Shown in pieces: positions 49,901 through 63,102 of a DNA stretch of 64,000 bases (the first letter of the stretch is position 1; every line of letters begins with the position of its first letter). The stretch lies in contig CM120643.1 of assembly GCA_051362555.1 (NCBI GenBank), positions 16,806,848 to 16,870,847 on the forward strand, in the 5' to 3' direction. The notes below the pieces were generated by a model that did not search any database, had not been told where the DNA came from, and saw only the letters and a program-made list of their open reading frames with translations. The position numbers and the translations under genes are program-made. This stretch comes from Lingula anatina. Taxonomy: Eukaryota; Animalia; Brachiopoda.

Positions 49901-52900
49901 AATGCACCGATTGACCCCAAATTGATGGAGATGAAAGATGACCTGAAGGGTAACACTTCCCAATAATATTATTGGTTAAGTCTGTGTGGTGTCTGAATAA
50001 CAGGGCAAAAAAAATTTTTTTCGTAAAAAATTTCATTTTTTTGAAAATTTTGGCCCATTTGACCTTGAAGTAGAGGTCAAAGGTCAAATCCAAGGGTATA
50101 TTTGAAATCTACACATATGACTTTTGGAAAGCCGTCTATAGAAATTTTTCCCATAACTCCTTCCGTAGGGTAGATAATTAGCATTTAATTTTGCCATTTT
50201 TAGACAAGGGTGCATTGCAATGAGTGCCACACCCAGACCCCAATACCGACAAAGCCCAAATTTTACGTGGAACGAGTTGAGATTATAGGTGACCTAAATC
50301 CATGAGATGGGTACGGGGGCCCTTACCGTCTAGGAGGAGAAGCGGTAACGGTAGCCGTCCGGCGGAGCCGGCGGAGCCGGCGGAGCCAACGGAGCCGGCG
50401 GAGCCGGCGGAACGATCCGGACGGGACCGAAACCATGTGTACCGCCAGCGCTAACGCTGGTGGTACAATAATTGGAGCAAGTGTTGGTTTCACTTTTGAA
50501 ACTTTTCTCCAGAGAACAAAAAGCCAACTTATCACATCCAAAGACAGTCTCTTGGCATTTCAATTCTGCGTGTCCTAAGTTTAGATGTTTATTTAAACAA
50601 GATAGGTCTTTTTGAAGTCACATAACAGTTCAACAGCTATCAACATTAAAAACTATATTTTGATTTAAAATTTTGATACCATGCTTTCAGACAATCACAT
50701 TAAAATGTCAGGAAGGATTCAGTAACAAACTTACATGATACTCTAAATGCGATGGCATCTGATGACATGTGGTACAGAGCGGAGGCTGCTATGACACTGT
50801 ATGAGAATTGAAGACACCCTGTATCCAACATACACAGATCTAACAACTGAAATGTAAAAATGAATATTCTATACACCCAACATACACAAAACTGGCAACT
50901 AAAATGTAGAAATGAATATTCTATACAACTTGTATCCAGCATTTACAGGTCTACCAAATGAAACGTAGAAATGAATATTGTAGACACCCTGAATCCAGCA
51001 TAAACAAATCTTGCTACTGAAATACAGAAATGAATATTGTAGAAAGTTATCAAAATGTGTAAACTGATGTGAAAGAAGATACTGCACTGTTTACACAATA
51101 CATCATGGATAAATATTCTTATGAAATAAATAAATGTGATCTGGTAAGTCTTACCCTGGCTATCTGCACAAAGTAGTGTGCTGAGTATTGTGGCAGGATG
51201 AAGTCTTTCTTGCTGTTTGTGATGTCAATGAGCTGCATGTACACATTGAGCCAAGAGATGACTGTCATGGGGGCAAGATCCCAGTTCAGGGCCTGAAATG
51301 TGGATAATCAAATGTCTAGAATGTACAAAAGTCACATTTATGCCTAGGGTCAAATTATTTTTTCCAAACTTATAACTGTTATTGTTACTGTTACTTTGCA
51401 CTAGTTTTTCAAAAACAGCCTATAATTATTTATCTGGTAATAATTAACTCAACTTAAACACAATATCAGTAATTAATAATGTAAAAATGAGCTTTTACAT
51501 TCATAATTATTTAAACTAAATAGGTCTGAAGATAGAAAAATATTCTAGTGCATTTAAATACTTTCTGAGTGGGCCACAAAAATGATTACCTTGAGAACCA
51601 CTAATTCCATACATAAAATTTGATTTTCTGTACAAGCACCATCAGTAACATAGGCAAACTCTGACAATTTTGGTGGGTAGATTTCCTGGAATAGTACACA
51701 GTATTACTATAATGCCCATATCTATACAGCGAAAACAACATAAATGAGAAATGTTTTAATTTTGAAAAATATTCACTTATTATTGATATATAATTAAATC
51801 TTGGGACAGCATCAAATTGCATTACTCTTTTTCTTACACCATGTTTATCATCTTGTTTCAGTTAACATATACTTGACTAAAATTCTAATGGAAAAACAAA
51901 CAATAATAATAATAACAATAATCTACCTCTAGTTTTGCTGCTATGAACAAACAAGTTATTCCTAGTAGCTGTAGCTGGTGTTTCTGAACATTTGTTTGCA
52001 ATGTGAGATATCTGTCCAAGAAGTCGAGAGACAGGTAGAAGGTTTCTCTGTGTAGCCGATATACTTCACAAACCTGAAGAAAATAGTTTTTGAAATATTA
52101 AACAATTAACTGAAAATAAACAATTCATTAACAATTAAAAATAATTGAATAATCTAGATCATATCATTTGGTCTTTTCAACAACAATACTATGTGAAAGT
52201 TTCCCTTGAGCAATATTTTTTTAATCATTTAAGAATAAGTTGGCAGAAATGATCACAATATTTTCTACTTCTTTGGCTTAAATTAATTGCTCACAGCTTT
52301 TCCTTGTCATAAACCTTAAACTTCACAGACCTGAAAATTTTGACAGGTACAGAAAAAATAGTGTTCATGGTCAAAATCCTGCTAATTGAATCCATTTTAA
52401 TGTTAAAACATGTCTGCGCATTAAAATAATTTTCACCTTAGAGCTCTCCACTGAAAACACAGCTCAAACTCACCTCTATTAACCAATCTAGTAAAATGGC
52501 CCTCATTTTGGACTGTAGAGTTGGGTGCCTATTCAAGGCATCATGCTTTCTAGAATTTGCATAAATCAAGTCTTTCTTAAGCATAATTGTCCAAACATCC
52601 TCGTGATCTGCCCAGTTTATTTTAGGTAAAGGAGATGGCCTTAGTGACATTGGTGTTGTGAAAAGATTCTGAAACCTCCATCTTGTGCCCCCCGTCATCT
52701 GGTCTGGTGGGGTTAATCTTTCGTGTCCTTCCCCTTCTTGTAGGGGGTGTCCTGAGGGCCGTGTGGGGACTAGGGTGCTTGTGATCACTTTTGTATCCTG
52801 TGAGATGGGGACCCATTGGTTCTGAAAGGATGAAGGTTATATTTAGAACTTCTTTCAAAGTATAAAAAATTTTTAAAAAAAGTAATTATTTGAAGAAAAA

Positions 52901-55900
52901 CAGCAAATAATAAAATAAAGTATGATGTAAGATTCTTCATCATGAAAGCTGATTGTCTATAAATTCACTATAACTTTTATCAAAACCAAAATTAACAATG
53001 TAAATCATATTGGAAACTAGATGGGTGAATAAGTAACAAAATGACAAATGTGATTCTTAGCTATAGTATTATTTTTTATTTAAAAATTTCATCAAGTGAA
53101 TCATACAACATAATTAGAATCTTAATCACAGGAAATGGTACAATTCCATTTTTTTTTCATACACAATTATTTAGTTCATCTTCAAAGACCCTGAATAAGC
53201 AGGAAGGAAATGCTTGTTGTTCCCTTGACAAATCCTGGTAATTATGTGACTGTACAAACGTGAAGAACAAAATTAGTTTTATCACTATAACTGCTGTGCA
53301 ATCAAGAACTATTCATCGCTGCTACAAGATGCTAAATTCTCTAGAGCTTGAACATAAAATCAACCAAGGCAGTGCACATTCTATCTATAAATTTGCTCCC
53401 TCCACACACACCCACAAAGTTGGGGGGGGGGGTATTAATTTGGGGGATATCAATGACATTCATTAAGAGACTATTAAAGGATTAAGCGGTCTTCCTTTCA
53501 TGTAGGTCTGCCATATTCAGGTCTCGGCCTTGCTAAAAATCGGCTCTTCTTGATGTATATGCTCTCTTACACAAAACTATGCATTATGGTCGGTAATTAA
53601 ACCCAATGCCTTTACTCCTAGACCCCTTTTTTCCCATGCCCTATGTTTTATAACATATCCTGTGGGAAAATGACACCAAAGTTACTGAACCTCTTCCCCT
53701 AAGTTGTTTTGTATCCAAAACCCAAAATCCTCAAGTTTTGTTCTCCATCAAAACACTGCCTTTCATTCTCCCCAATGACCCATTCACTGGCTTTGTATCC
53801 AACTTTGTTATGTATGCCACGCCTCACTGCAGCAGAAGTTCAAATAGAATTGAAAATTTGATAGTCTACAGGCTATCAAATCTGTTTATTGATAGGCATG
53901 CCATTTACACTCAAATAGTCTGACTGCTCTCTAGGCATGGTTTAAAAGCTAAGAAGTTTGAATATAATTTGCACCTCTTGATGCCAATTACTTTGTTCAC
54001 AATGTTGGGTGACGGGTGGGGGAAGAGCAGGGGGTGGGGGCAGGGAGACTGTTCTCAGACACATTCCAACACCATATCAAAGATTAAGAACACTATCACA
54101 TGACCAGTCTAGCCCAGTCCAGTCACCCTGTTACAATTCTCTAACATTATATGACAGCAGATAGCACAATCTTTTAAGATATCTCACTGTTAAAAGAAAT
54201 TTACCTAGTGTCACAAAAGCCCAGTAACAAAAGAGAGGTGGCTTCCTGAGGTAAGAAACCACAACTTCAGTGGAAACACAGCCTAGGAAACATTACATAA
54301 CCAAAAGAAGACAATACTTTTACTTTAAAGATCTGTCAATGATAGAGACAACTGCTGAGCTCGTCTAGGAAAACAACTCTGATAATGACGCTGTTTGTTT
54401 CAAAGAACCAAGATACGGACATGGACGATATATGAACATCAAAGACAAGGGTTATCAGCAATCTCACCGACAATAGCAAATTACTCCTATGATTACCTTT
54501 TCAACACCTTCCTATCTATACCATCAGAAGTCCACCTCTCTATTGTACACAGAATTACATCACATAAGACACCTGTAATTAGGCAAGGCTCAACTTCTAA
54601 CCCATGAAAAAGACTATTGCCCCTAGGTCTTAGGGGGTTATCTGACCCATGTCTCATGACATGGCTTTTAAGAACTAATCTTAAAGATTGGTATTATCAA
54701 ATAAACGTAAGTTGTTAATTAAAATTGTTTTCACCTAAATGATGGTTATCATTCACGAGTTTACTCATGGAGAAAGTTTTTTTTAATATATATACAAATT
54801 GCTTTGTTAAGAAATGATTTTAAAATACAATTCAGTAACTTACAGAGAAAGACAACTCCATTCTGTCGTGTCCTTGGTTGCTCATTTCCTTCATTTTTGA
54901 TTAGCCAGGTACAAATTCAAAATACAAAGAATGTCATGAACTATCCATAAAACCTAAACATAACATGGATCTGAAGTGATCCTTGATCCAAATAGACACT
55001 GCAAAATTCCTGTTATGGTGACCTCTCTGCCCAGCAAAGTACTAGTTATATCTAACCAAGTCCTGAACTAAACTGAACAGGAAGACTGACCACAGCCTCA
55101 ACACAGAGGTGACCACTGTCCACATGAGTGACCCCAGCTGCCTGTCCACTGTTCTTGTCATTAACAGATTGACCACAGCTACAAAGCATTTCCTTCTCCA
55201 CAGAATGACCCCAACTGACCACTTATGTATGCTCTGTTTACACAGAATAATCTGGGCTAACTGGATTCCTACAGCTTGGAGTCATTTAATATGGAAGGGG
55301 GATTCAAAATAACCTTACTTGGACCAGAAATAGTACAGATTAATTCACCAGGGTCTCAGGTTATCAATTTTAAATAAGCATTATTATTTGTTTGTAAAAA
55401 TAATTGCACCAGTCCCTACTGCTTTTGTAGACATTTGAAATTAATTTCTAGTAGGAGAGGAAGGCATCAATGTGTGACTTGTTCATTGTTATGTAAGCAG
55501 TGTTGACATTATATTGTAGAACAACATCATGTTCAATTGGGAGAACATGTTCCATCTTTTCTCAGAATTTCTTTTGATATTTTGTGGAAATTTTGTATTA
55601 CTGGAAACCTGCTGTCTCAAATACAAGACATGTCAGAAAATGATCTTGCTTTTAGTGTTATTAGGCCAACTGGCATCTGCAGCTTTGGGGATTTCAAATA
55701 ATTTGGAGTGAAGGGGGGGGGGGCTTGTAAACAGACAGCTAAATTTTGCCTTAACATACCTGAAGTTTGAATTTTTTATCTAATTTTCAAGATTAAAAAA
55801 AAAAAAAAAAAAAAAACTCAGATACACTTCTGGTATTGAGACTTCCATTCTTTGCATTCAGTGAAAAACTGATCTTAAATGGCAACTTACTCTTACTCAT

Positions 55901-58900
55901 TATCATAAGCAAAGTATACCAAAATTCAAACATTTCAATAAAAACCTATAGTTTTGCCCAAATGAAAGAATAACATCAATCCATTACTGTACCCAGTTGC
56001 TAAATTTACCTTTTGGGGGTTTCCCGCCATAGACCAACTCAAAATAGTATGAAAGCAAACAGCTAAATGGCAAAGAAAAGTATCATCTTGGCTATAATTT
56101 CATAACCCTTGGGGAGTTTCCCCGTGTGCCAGGAATCAAAGGGGCTTTCAAAGCAAACAGTTCACCCTGAAAACAAGGGGGTGTTTGTACTGTCAATACC
56201 CTTATTATTCACACCTGTGTATTAATACTTCAGCAAACTAAGCCATAGGGCCAAATTCTCTACAAGTTGCCGAGGAATACCTCGGAGGCTTTCCCCCATT
56301 GTGTTTGTTTACTAATGCAGGGGAGTACAGACCATGGCCATCATTGTTATAATTTCCACTTCATCTTGACACACTTTTGAGTGTAATCAACCCCTCCCTC
56401 TCCACCCTAACCCCCATTTTAAACCCTACAGCTGATTTACCCCAGGAGTAGGAGGAGGAGGGGTCAGAACTATTAATAATTTTGATTATTAATGCTATGA
56501 TTAATTTTTTACCTGCTATAATTTATCTACAACATTAGAAAAGGTCCATATTTGAGATTGGATGGTGTCCCAGTGGACACACATGGTTGTAAGCATTGCT
56601 TCCAGATTACATCAGAAAAGTAACACACCACTGATATTGCACTTTTCAAATTGTACAACTAAGTCAAATAACTTGCTTCTACAGTTAAGTGCAATTTATA
56701 AAAAACAGCTTATATTTTGCTAATTGAACTTGTCACGGAGGCTTGATATCGCTTATATCTTTTAAGTACTTAATTGCTATAATGGTCAGACAATGCAGGT
56801 AAACTCTGTGATCATGAGAAGAAAAATACCCAAGCATAATACTGTAGTGACTCAGATCATTAGAAAAAGAAGGGGGGGGGGGACCTTCATTTGCATATTA
56901 GGTTGAGAATTTATTAAATGAATTGTATGATGATGATCAGAAAAAAATAAAATTCGACTCAAATACCTCAGATTCTTAACTGGCAAAGAAAATGCAAAAA
57001 CTGTTCTAATTTTTTCTCCGATTTTGACTTGATTTGGTTCAAAGTTTCAATTTGATTAAAAGTATTCAGATATTTGAATAAAAACATTTTGGGCTAAATA
57101 AAGTAAATACAAATGTGCTTGCACAAAATATATGTGTATCTTGGAAGCATTTTCCAGAAAAATTTCCAATAAAAAAGAAAAATAACCCTTCTGAAGTAGA
57201 AATGCAAATTGATATTTCAATTAATTTTTTGTCCACAAGCAATATAATTATGGTTCACATGTATGTACTTAACATTCTTTGATAGGAAAAGCCCAAGAAG
57301 TTTGGAGCAGTTTTCTTTTACCTGTATCTGAAACTGCTGCCTTCTTTTGTTCACCTGCATTTCTCTGTCAGAGTCCTGGAAAACCATCATTTCATACATA
57401 AATAATAATAATGTTTACTAAAATCAAAGCAACTAAGAGGTTGCAGTTATACAAAGGAATTAGTTATCATATAAATAGGTTAAATTCCATTTATTTCAAA
57501 TTGTTTAACTTCAAGACATAACTAACTATGTAAATAACCATTTAATAAAAAAAAAGGAAAAAAAGGCGTAGCTGACTGGTGATAACAAAAATATTTTAGA
57601 AATTTTTTCAAATACTTTTATAATCTAAGGTATGACTCTTATTTCAACCCAACTGCATTTACCTCATCCACCTCTTCCACTTTCCTCTTCTGTCCGAAGA
57701 TTTCCTTTTCTTCGGGGACTTCTTTCGTTTTTCTATTCCTCAGTAAGCGAATACTGCAACCAGTAGTAAATAACATTTAAATAGAAGCCATTTTAATAGA
57801 GAAGATATATAATCTCCAAAATATTTTTGAATATTTTTTATCATTTGAATAGTCAAATATTTGATGTGGCATTTTTATATAAAACTGAACTGATATGTTT
57901 TTTTTTTTCTCCAATGAGATTAGACATAAATTTTCCATTGCTTCCATCACTGAAAATATTGCAAATAAAGCTTCAAAACAGTCACATTCAATAACAAACA
58001 GGGCATCTTATCTGGCATAGTGCCTTCAGGATTGAATACGACCAACTCGGACATTATCACCATTTTTTACTTATAATAACGAAATTCTCATTCATCATTT
58101 TTTTCCAGATTAATCAACTCCCATTAGAATCTCATCACCTGTTTGTCAGATGTACTTGTAATTTTTTCCCCTTTTACTAGTAAATGCCTGTTTTACTGAC
58201 AGGCCTGGCTAATGCAAGATGAATGAAAATAAAAGAAGTATGTTTTTTTCTTATTTTTCCTTGAATGAAACAACATGACCTTATAATTAACTCATGATCA
58301 TGTCAGCAGTTATCTGCACCAGTAAATGCCGTAATTGGTATCAACAACCTAGTAGATACCACACAGATTAATTATTTGTTTTTTTTTTCTTATGCATACA
58401 ATCATTTACTCCCACACCCAAAATAACAAACAAAATATCAAAGAATGTTCATATTAACAACTGAACATTGAAACATCTATAAGAAACACATGCAGATCAA
58501 TTTTGATCTCATTTTCACAAGTTTGTGTGCACAGAATGCTGCCCAGCATAATCCTCAATCTATAAGCCAGTTTATATCTATAATAATACACAGAACTATG
58601 ATGCCAAACTTCATTTACACATACCATATGCTGACTGAGAAGGCTAGGGGTTGATACCACACACCGTAAAAAGGCATTGATCTTTTTTACATGACATCAC
58701 TTTCCCGTCCCCCATAATTTAGCCCTGCTACACTTACTTAGATGACTCAAAATATCAGCTGTTTTTTTTTTTGGTTTTTTTTAATCAGCATGTACTGTAA
58801 ATGACTCCTCAAATGTGGCAGAAATTGCAGTTATATTTTTTTAATTACTTGAAAACATTTCAATGTTTGCTTCCACTAATTGTCAAAGGATTTTGAAAGG

Positions 58901-59401
58901 AGAGAAAGTGAAACCTTAAAAAACTTGGCTTCAACTATAAACTATTGTTATGACATCCTGATGAAGCCTTTACAGTACATGGTCTGTTGCATTTTAAATT
59001 AAAAGTAAAACCAAATCAAATGACACAGTATGAGCTACTGCAAACATTACATTGTAGAAAACGAACAAGTGCAATAAAAACGGACTAAATTCAGTTTCTG
59101 AGACACAACAAACTAGCTTGTTGCTGTATAGACTTTCAAAACTTTCATGATTGAACCATACTCCACACTCAACAGCTAATTAAACTAATTAATAAATAAA
59201 CACTTCATTAACATTTTCCTTAATATGCTCCCTACCCATAAGAGTTCATCTTTTTACTGCTATATCTACATGATCTAAATTTTTACACAATTTTCACTGA
59301 CTAAATACATGGTACTAATTTAGTCCAAGTTCATTAACAGATCCGATGGCGGGGAAAAACATGAAGTTACTTAGTTGCAAAACTCACCTCCTTCTAGACA
59401 T
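46538..59401 (-). CDS. CCNE: G1/S-specific cyclin E, complete CDS, 431 aa
   Basis: Coding exons 59401-59388, 57753-57663, 57375-57322, 52821-52474, 52073-51927, 51685-51590, 51292-51155, 50846-50735, 47134-46977, 46675-46538, all GT-AG and phase-consistent (1296 nt). MSRRS start, [50 protein letters not shown]-terminal LTPPSSS Fbw7-type phosphodegron. Confidence 0.96.
46902..46932. repeat. (GA)n microsatellite in the last cyclin E intron
   Basis: Directly visible. Confidence 0.9.
47246..50471 (+). mobile_element. Helentron-associated non-autonomous element (HINE/DINE-1-like) in a cyclin E intron
   Basis: T-flanked ends; subTIR TATTGTACCACCAGC (47281-47295) inverted at 50456-50470; 3' hairpin 50438-50467; (CCGGCGGAG)n microsatellite ~50358-50412; tandem core array. 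Confidence 0.8.
47453..49459. repeat. Satellite array, 146-bp unit, ~13.7 copies
   Basis: The GGTCAAAGGTCAA anchor recurs at 47599, 47745, 47891, 48037 ... 49351. Confidence 0.95.
50847..51045 (-). repeat. 3-4 degenerate ~59-bp tandem copies of the cyclin E intron/exon junction
   Basis: Repeated AAATG.AGAAATGAATATT.TA.AC and ATCCA.CAT, homologous to the exon start [11 protein letters not shown]. Confidence 0.75.
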
Positions 59402-60480
59402 GATCTTCCAAACTTCAAGAGGTATCTGAAAATAGAATGCGTATTTGATGCAAATAACCCCAAAATATTACATTACGCGCTGGATAAAACTCTGCAATCA
59501 CTTAACAAAGATGAAATATTTTCCGCCATCCACCCACTAGAGGCAACAATGGAGTCCGAAGTAGGTCAAACAATATTTGGCCACTTTTAAAGTTCTGTAA
59601 AACTGCGATCGTCACTAGCAACTTTGGATTTTTGGGCATAATTACACAATATGGACATTAGTCTTTCATTTCTGCGTGAATTAGCCAAAAGTTAAAGTAA
59701 GATTTAACAAATTGCGCAAAAAAAATTTAGGAGCTACTCCCGTACCTGGGCCTGCCTGCCAAGTCTCGGTCCCGCCAAGTGGACGTACGCAGCTGTTCTT
59801 GCGCATGCACGATTATGGCGGGAGAAGATCGGTAAATAATCAAAATAAATTCACGGAAATTATTTTTCCAGTGACTTAGATATTCAATAAACGTGTTTGG
59901 AACATTTCCTCAGCATTTGTTAGTGTTAAAAAAACTTTTGGGTCACTTTCCTCGATGTAAACAAAGCGATGTCTTGGTCATGAATGGGATGAGCAGACGG
60001 ACAATGAAATCGCTTTAATTTACAATAAAATATTTTGTTGGATTGACATCATGAAATATTTGTGCTTTTTAAACTTAGCTCACCATCATATGAGACTCTT
60101 TACAATGAAAATACAATTTATTCATATTCTAAAGTGAGAAACACTGGAGGCCTATCCTAGAAATGTAGTCTGCGAGTTGGCAAGTTTCGGTTTGGGTCGT
60201 TTGCAACTTTAAAAGAAGTATTTCGTAAACAAAAAACGATGAGCCTGAAAAGTAACAAAAAGTTCTGCAACTTAGATGAGTATGTATATTAAGCGGTATA
60301 AATATTATCTTATTTTAAGCCAAAAACCGCGAAAGTTTGAGGAAAAAGCCCCGCGAAAGAATCCATGGTGTGCAATGCATCCTGGGAAGTGAAAAGCTCA
60401 AAACGCACCCTGATTGGATGAAAAGTCATGCTCGCGGGGGAGGGGTAAAGGTCATATGAAATCAACATTCACACATGTTG
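59340..60480. promoter_or_regulatory. Bidirectional promoter region of cyclin E and the BtpA-like gene, with the 5' UTR exons of cyclin E
   Basis: Cyclin E acceptor at 59426 and upstream donor CAG|GTACG at 59745; E2F-like TCCCGCCA (~59770), TGGCGGGA (~59816), CCGCGAAA (~60327, ~60351); NRF1-like TGCGCATGCAC (~59800); CCAAT on - (~60412). Confidence 0.6.
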
Positions 60481-60556
60481 CCATGATGTGAGTTGACGTG
60501 TTTTACACAGAAATATGTAATCTGTTTGTTTCCTTGCCAATAATTTTGATGACAAC

Positions 60557-61071
60557 ATGAATGCATTTAGCAGTACATTCGGGCGGCTCAGAGGCGTTGT
60601 CATAGGGATGGTGCATTTACGTGCTTTGCCAGGTATGCCATATTATTTAGCGGTGGTATGCATTTGATTAAAAATAAACGATACTAGTATGTGCCGGCAA
60701 ATGGATGGTGCTATTTCTGATATTATCCATTGTCATCATAAGCAATTCTGTTGCATCCTCACCACTAATGTTCCATCGCTGCCTCCTCTAATGTGCCATT
60801 TTTAATATTACCAGAAAAATATTATTTAAATATTTTATAATTTACAGAAGTACCGGGTACATGTATTTATAACAATATTATTAACTATAATAATGTACAT
60901 TCATGATTGGTGGACATGTTTTATCATCATCATAATGTAGGAACTCCGGCAGGCACTCTTTCTATGCAGGAAATCATTGAAGTTGCATGTAAAGAAGCCA
61001 AAATTTACAAAGATGCAGGTGTGGTAAGTATTTTTTATTGGATTGATTGATTGATTGACTGACTGACTGAC

Positions 61072-61159
<88 letters not shown>

Positions 61160-62896
61160 GTTTGAGTTTTTTTAACAAGGAAAAATTTAACGTTTGCACT
61201 GGAAAGAATGTAGTTTTTACATTTGTTTATTTTAAGACTATTTTGTAAATTTACTATATACTGAAAAGAAGATATTTTTAAAGAAATTTTCTGTTGCTGA
61301 ACAGTCATAGTCAATATCCAGATAATGATTATGACCTGAAACTCCAAATGTCCTGTGAAATAATTTATAAATACATTTTGAAACCATTTTTTTCTTCACT
61401 TGGCTCAAGCCAAATATATTTTTATTTGCATAAGCCATATATTGAGTTTTTGTAAAAATGAGGTGGTAATAATATAATTAATTCAGAAGAGTGCAACATG
61501 CTTTTAACAGTAAAAGGGGACATTTCACCTCTGAAAATCCTGTATACTTTCTTTTTGATATGCAGTTTGATTTCTGGTTTGTTTTAGGATGCTGTGATGG
61601 TAGAAAACATGCATGATGTGCCATATGTTCACTCAACAGGGGTCGGTCATGAGATAACAGCAAGCATGTCCGTTGTGTGTTCACATGTTAAGGAAGTGTG
61701 TGGGAGCATGCCAGTAGGAGTACAGGTGCTCGCAGGAGCAAATAAGCAGGCAATTGCAGTGGCGCTCTCTAGTGGTGGGCTGTCATCTAATTCAGTTTTT
61801 TTTTTCTTTTAAAGTATTATTCTAAATATCATAACTTATTCCTTGATAAGTTAATTGACTCTTTTTTTTAAGGTGTTGCAAGAATTTTGACAATAATTTT
61901 GGAACCTTTCTGTATTTGTCATTCTAGATATGATATGAGAATTGTAATAATAACAGCTTTGGAAAAATTAGTTTGGATTTTAAAAGCTTAACATAAATTA
62001 ATAACTCATTCTTATATAGACAAATGTACCAGTATGGATCCCTCAACTGAATCATTACACAATCATAATGATCAGTACATTGTTTTGTATGTTCAAGGTT
62101 TTGATAACTGTCTTTTATGTATTTTGCTTTCATCTAGGCCTGCAATTCATTCGTGCTGAAGGATTTGTGTTTTCTCATGTTGCTGATGAAGGGCTTATGA
62201 ATGCATGTGCAGCAGAGCTGTTACGATATCGTAAGCAAATTGGTGCCAGCCACATTCAGGTGTTCACTGACATCAAGAAGAAACACAGGTAAGGTTAAAA
62301 TCATCTACAAAAATAATTGACATTTTGGATATTGTTCAGTTTTTATAGAGGAGCTTGAGCAGTATGTGTGTGTGTGTTGGGGGGGGGGGGATTTTTTTGC
62401 TCTGTTGGGCATGTCTGCATGTAGAATAATCAATTGAAGCACAGAACAGATCTGTTCTACTGTCTTTTCTATTTCCCTCTTTTGTAAAGGTTGTCGGTTT
62501 AAGAAATAAATTTTATGCTACAGTGTCTCTCTCTTTAATCTATATACATGTATAAATGACCACAATTTCCTAAATTAAACATCTCAAAAGATTGACCACA
62601 GAAGTTCATGAACAGTCCATAAAAAACTTTGCAAAATTGCAAAAATGAATTTGTTCTGTTAAAAGATTATCATTTATTGTTTGCTTATTTTTATTCGCTT
62701 TTATCAGTTAATTATGGAATACACAATTTTGACTTGAAAAAAAAAGACTATTTTTTCACTCTTTTTAGTTCTCACTCTATCACCAGTGACATCAGTATAG
62801 CAGAGACAGCCAAGGCGGCAGAATTCTTCCTCAGTGATGGCGTGATAGTGACTGGCGCAGTGACCGGTGCCTCGGCTGACCTACAGGAGTTCAAAG
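60557..62896 (+). CDS. BtpA/SgcQ-family TIM-barrel protein (F13E9.13-like), first five exons; 3' exons not found in the window
   Basis: Exons 60557-60632, 60941-61023, 61588-61774, 62138-62288, 62769-62896, phase-consistent. Motifs VIGMVHLRALPGTP, VENMHDVPY, GVQVLAGAN, FIRAEGFVFSHVADEG, DIKKKHSSH, FLSDGVIVTG. Confidence 0.92.
61039..61156. repeat. Compound (GATT/GACT)n(ATT)n microsatellite
   Basis: Directly visible in intron 2 of the BtpA-like gene. Confidence 0.95.
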
Positions 62897-62912
62897 GTGA
62901 CCATGAAACTAA

Positions 62913-63102
62913 GAGGGCATTCCCAGAGATTTAGATCGATCTTACTAGATCGACCTAACTTCCTAGGGGTTCACGCTAAATTGCAGTCATCCACCGCACG
63001 GAAATTAATTACCCCCTTACAGCCTGTAGTAGGCGAGACAGACATTTAAGCCGGATTATCTGACAGTAATCTAGTGAGACTCCCCACAGGGATAGATCGA
63101 TC
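62913..63102. mobile_element. ~215-bp MITE, copy 3 (one end truncated)
   Basis: TAA|GAGGGCATTCCCAGAGATTTAGATCGATC start; body matches copies 1 and 2; begins 16 bp after a splice donor. Confidence 0.8.

Noticed and set aside
50323-50563. Arg- or Pro-rich ORFs
   Set aside because: Translations of the 9-bp microsatellite at the HINE 3' end.
60901-61347. 148-aa Asn/Gln-rich ORF
   Set aside because: Antisense translation through the (ATT)n/(GATT)n microsatellite.
60557-62896. Bacterial contamination or recent horizontal transfer of btpA
   Set aside because: The gene has canonical spliceosomal introns containing host repeats, and the family is known in other animals.
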